Shown here: positions 60,311-64,000 of the stretch, in pieces
Numbering within the stretch: the stretch's first letter is position 1
How the letters are laid out: every line of letters begins with the position of its first letter
Assembly (NCBI GenBank): GCA_013239625.1
Contig: MU053881.1
Location: 12,104,879-12,168,878 of the forward strand
Source of the DNA: Lama guanicoe
Lineage: Eukaryota
Direction of reading: 5' to 3'
DNA length: 64,000 nucleotides
Notes under the pieces: generated by a model
What the model saw: the letters and a program-made list of their open reading frames with translations, nothing else
Databases searched by the model: none
Told to the model about the DNA's origin: nothing
Translations under genes and position numbers: made by a program

Positions 60311-63300
60311 TGCAAAACTCCAATCACTTCTGAGTGATATGAAATACACCAGGGGCAAGAGAAAGTGGGTACATGTGTCAGTGTGTCACATGAACCCTAG
60401 GACAGTACTAGGCACTCAGTAGATTGTTCACAAGTTTTTTGGTTTTTGGTTTTTTTTTTTTTGCTCTTATCTATTTGGGCCAAGGACAATTTGTATATCA
60501 AGCTCAGCGGCAGAAATGAAATCCACAGCTTCTAACCTTCCACTCCAATATGTTCAGACAACAGATCGAGATTTTTTCTTCTCTCTTGTTGGACATTTAT
60601 TTGTTTTGTTTGAATTGGGGTTGGGCATGTGTGTATTTACTGGAAGAAAGTCTCTCAGGAAGATGGAAGGAATAGCACAATACCTGCTCCTGTAGGAAAT
60701 AAACCCAGATATGAGAATTTGCCATAATTTCCCCCATTTTTCTTAGAAAAAGACTCTCTCTCTTGCGCGCACACGCATTTCTCAGTATAGACAGTGAAGC
60801 AGTCAGGCCAGCCTGTGGATTCCCCGATCCTCTGTGCACACTAACCGGGCAAGGCTAGTGTCCAACTGCCCTCCTGATACTTCTTTCACTGTTTGCATAA
60901 AAGAAAAGCCTGAAATAAAATTTACTCTTTGCTCTCAGCAAGAACTAATACTTATCAAATGCCCTGGTCAAACACAATAAAATCATACTGTGTAAGGAAA
61001 TTGCTTTTGTAATTGATTTACTAGTCTTCATAGAGGAAAAAGCATTTCAGTAGCATTTTCATTAAATTGCTTGTCTAGGACAACCAAAAAATACCTAGTT
61101 TTCAGTTTTTAAAGACCCAGGACCTCTGTCATTTGGATTTTTTTAAAGTAATAGAATAAGGAAAAATACTAAACCTCACGGTGTACTGTATGGTAAATAA
61201 AAGATCCAGACGTGCCCTTCATTATAGAGAAGTATAGAATTAGAGATTATTTCCAGGAAAGACAGCACTTTTGTTTTTGTTGTCTTAGGTTGGAAGACAG
61301 CAAAAAATAAAGTGAGAAAGGAGTAGCCTGGCTTTGTTTATATAAAAAAATGCCTTCACCCACTCCCCTGAGCCTCGAAGGAGGGTCCGGCAGTCAAAAA
61401 AGCAAATTCAGCTGCTCAGATTCTGCTACCCCAGGACTCTGTGTGTCACCCGAGGCATCATGGTGAGCTCATGAGCATTCGCAAAAAGCTTTTAAAATAT
61501 ATTCGATTCAAAAGAGATCAAGGCAGTGAACTGCATCCAAGTTTCCTATTGGTGAAATTGCTTGACATAAAACCAAACCACTGAGCCTTTGGCTACAAGT
61601 TGGTATACAGTTATTTTCATGTTAAACTGTAAGCACCAGAAGGCAAGGTCTGTGATTCACAATTAATATACATCTTTTGAATAAATAAATTTTATTTTCC
61701 CATTGAATCAAATAAAAAGTGTCTTTGAAGGGATGTCCAAACAATGTCTTTCATCATTCACCTTTTGAGGGGCAATCTCCTCAAGCTCCCACTTGGATCT
61801 AGCATTTTTAGGGTACATCAAAAGAGAAAGATTTGGGAGCCAGCGCAGATTAAAAAAAAAAGAGAAATAATAGAAATAAACACTATAGGAAATGGGAAAA
61901 TGTCACTTGGCACAATCAGATCAAAAGCTTAAGCTCCAAAACTCAAATGGCAATCTTAGCTTATCTGTGACTATAAACACTGTGGGTGACTACATGTGGT
62001 GGGTACTGCAAGAAACTGGGCAAAGTAAAAAATGTTTCCTGTCGACAAACTGGAGTATTTTGGGAAACCCACTTGACGTGTTGACATAACTTGAGAACAT
62101 TCATTTATCCAACAAATATTTAGAGACCTGCTATCTGCTAAGCACTAAGCAGCGTGCTGTGGATTTAACAGCGAACATACAATGTACCTCTGAGATTTTT
62201 TTTTTTCTGAAGGTCCTGGATAAATTTAAGAATCTGATATATAGACTCTCTTCCCAGGAAAAAAAAAATAAGAAACAAATTCACACATGTCCACGTTTTA
62301 TATACAATTTCGGGGAAGCTGTAGAAAACCCAAAGCCAACACACATACCCAGAGAGTGTATTTATACACACACACACACACACAGAGCAACCTACCAATT
62401 TCACTGCCCTCTGCCCAAGCAGTAATCTAACACGCTGCTGTATTTTATCTTTATGCATTTCAATTAAATTCAGGTTATATTCTGGACAGAAGCATCTTGA
62501 TTAGAACAGATTACAAAAGGAGGCTCAAAAAGGCAGAGTAAAATGGCAGGTAATCTCAGCTCCTTCCCAGTCTTAGAGAGCTTCCTGAAGTAGTAGCTCA
62601 CAGAAATTAAGTAAATCATTTTAATAGAGTTTTTAGAAACCTTCCCTAACTTGATTATCAACTTAGAGCACTTTCTATTTCTAAGTTTTACTCGTTTAAA
62701 ACACTCGCATTTTCAATATGTGGATTGAAAGCCAGATATGATACAGAGAAAAATCAAGCCAAGGTATCCAATTTCACATAGAAAGAGAACGCCACGTTGA
62801 CATTTAAATACTTATTTGCACAAAGGATGCTTTGGTTTTTTGTTTGTTTTTTTTTTAATTAACTACCCTGCACTCACTTGCTTTATGTATTACAATTCAT
62901 GGATTATAGGAATTAAAAATGGAATAATATGTAGATGTCACCTAGAGGTGCTAAACCAACTCTCCTCCCTGGAATTGTCTGTCTAAATAAGAATGACACT
63001 AACCTTAGCATTTTCTCTCTGATTAGAGACACTATAGATTTGCAGTCGCCTCCATGTAATATAAATCAATAAAGAATAATTTTCCAGGCAGTAAATCAAT
63101 TGTCAGTTCACAGACCCTAATACCCCTGTGCAGGATTTATTGAAAAAATGAATGGCAGTCTTGTTAGGAGATGTACAGCATGCTTTATAGGGACATAATA
63201 GTGTAAACCCCAGACTATTACATTCACTCCAATGAGGAATCCAATAGGAATAACCCTTTCCTTTCCACAGAACACATACTTGAATGGATTTTCTAATGAC

Positions 63301-63494
63301 AAAATGAAAAAAACTCAAAAGATGATTAAAAGAAAACATCTCTGGAGTGGGAGGTTATGTCAGTCTTGGGGACATGATAACACCTTTGCTGGGACTTCCT
63401 GCACTTGAAGTGTGGTAGACGAAAAAGCTAACGTTCTAAATCTTTGCCATCCAACAGGTTATCCACTAGTCACACATGGAGTTTTTGAGTTCTT

Positions 63495-63745
63495 ACGATA
63501 TGGCTAGTCCAAGCTGAGACGTGCCTCAAGTAAAAACAAACACTGGATTTCAAGGCCTTAGTACAAAACAAAAAACAAAATATCTCATTAGTCATCTGTA
63601 TACTGGTAATATGTTAAAATGGTCATATTGGGTTATATTAGGTTACCTAAAATACATTATTAAAATTAGTTTCCTGTCTTTTTTATGTGGCAACTAGAAA
63701 ATGTACAAGTACATGTGTGGTTTCCCTACTATTTCCATCCTGTTT
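63495..63745. mobile_element. MER33-like hAT-Charlie element
   Basis: tggctagtccaagctgagacgtgc..cactggatttcaaggccttagtacaaaa..aatatctcatta..atgtggcaactagaaaat. Confidence 0.8.
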
Positions 63746-64000
63746 CCCACAGCAAAGTGGCTCATGTGACTGAAAAACTGTATCACGGACAGCCAACGAT
63801 GAACCAGCAAATCCTCAGAGAAGCAGATAGTTGGGTAAGGGAATGACAAAATGAGGCCCCACTTTGAGAAGGAGAACAACCTACGGGGTTTTCTGAAAAA
63901 CTGGGGAGAAGGCAATACTTGGATGTTCATGAGTGGGAAGGGAGGACCCCACAGGTCGATTGGTGACTGACTGTTATTATTTAAAGCTGGGCAAATGAAA

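Noticed and set aside
1..64000. Prokaryote-type systems (CRISPR arrays, operons)
   Set aside because: The sequence is clearly mammalian; no regularly spaced repeats or dense ORFs

Overview
Mammalian genomic DNA, almost certainly camelid (alpaca/llama/camel): it holds four copies of a tRNA-headed Vic-1-type SINE and cetartiodactyl-type young L1 3' ends. I found no intact protein-coding gene or convincing coding exon. The window is mostly layered transposon fossils: L1, L2, MIR, MaLR, ERV1/ERVL LTRs, hAT and Tigger elements. Nearly all L1s and LTRs lie on the + strand, which suggests an intron of a long minus-strand transcript. Highlights: (1) a ~525 bp insert splitting a MIR at 13163-13687 whose frameshifted translation is collinear with the N-terminal half of bornavirus nucleoprotein (candidate EBLN); (2) an L1 5'UTR joined directly to an L1 3'UTR at an apparent splice junction (7628-7991); (3) a truncated FBP2 retrocopy with exons 3-4-5 spliced but apparently keeping the end of intron 2; (4) a U6-L1 chimera; (5) a MER41-like solo LTR with an altered STAT site; (6) a near full-length L1 whose ORF2 interior is replaced by a younger L1 fragment. 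Repeat family names and protein similarities come from recalled consensus sequences, not from a database search. Boundaries of old elements are approximate.
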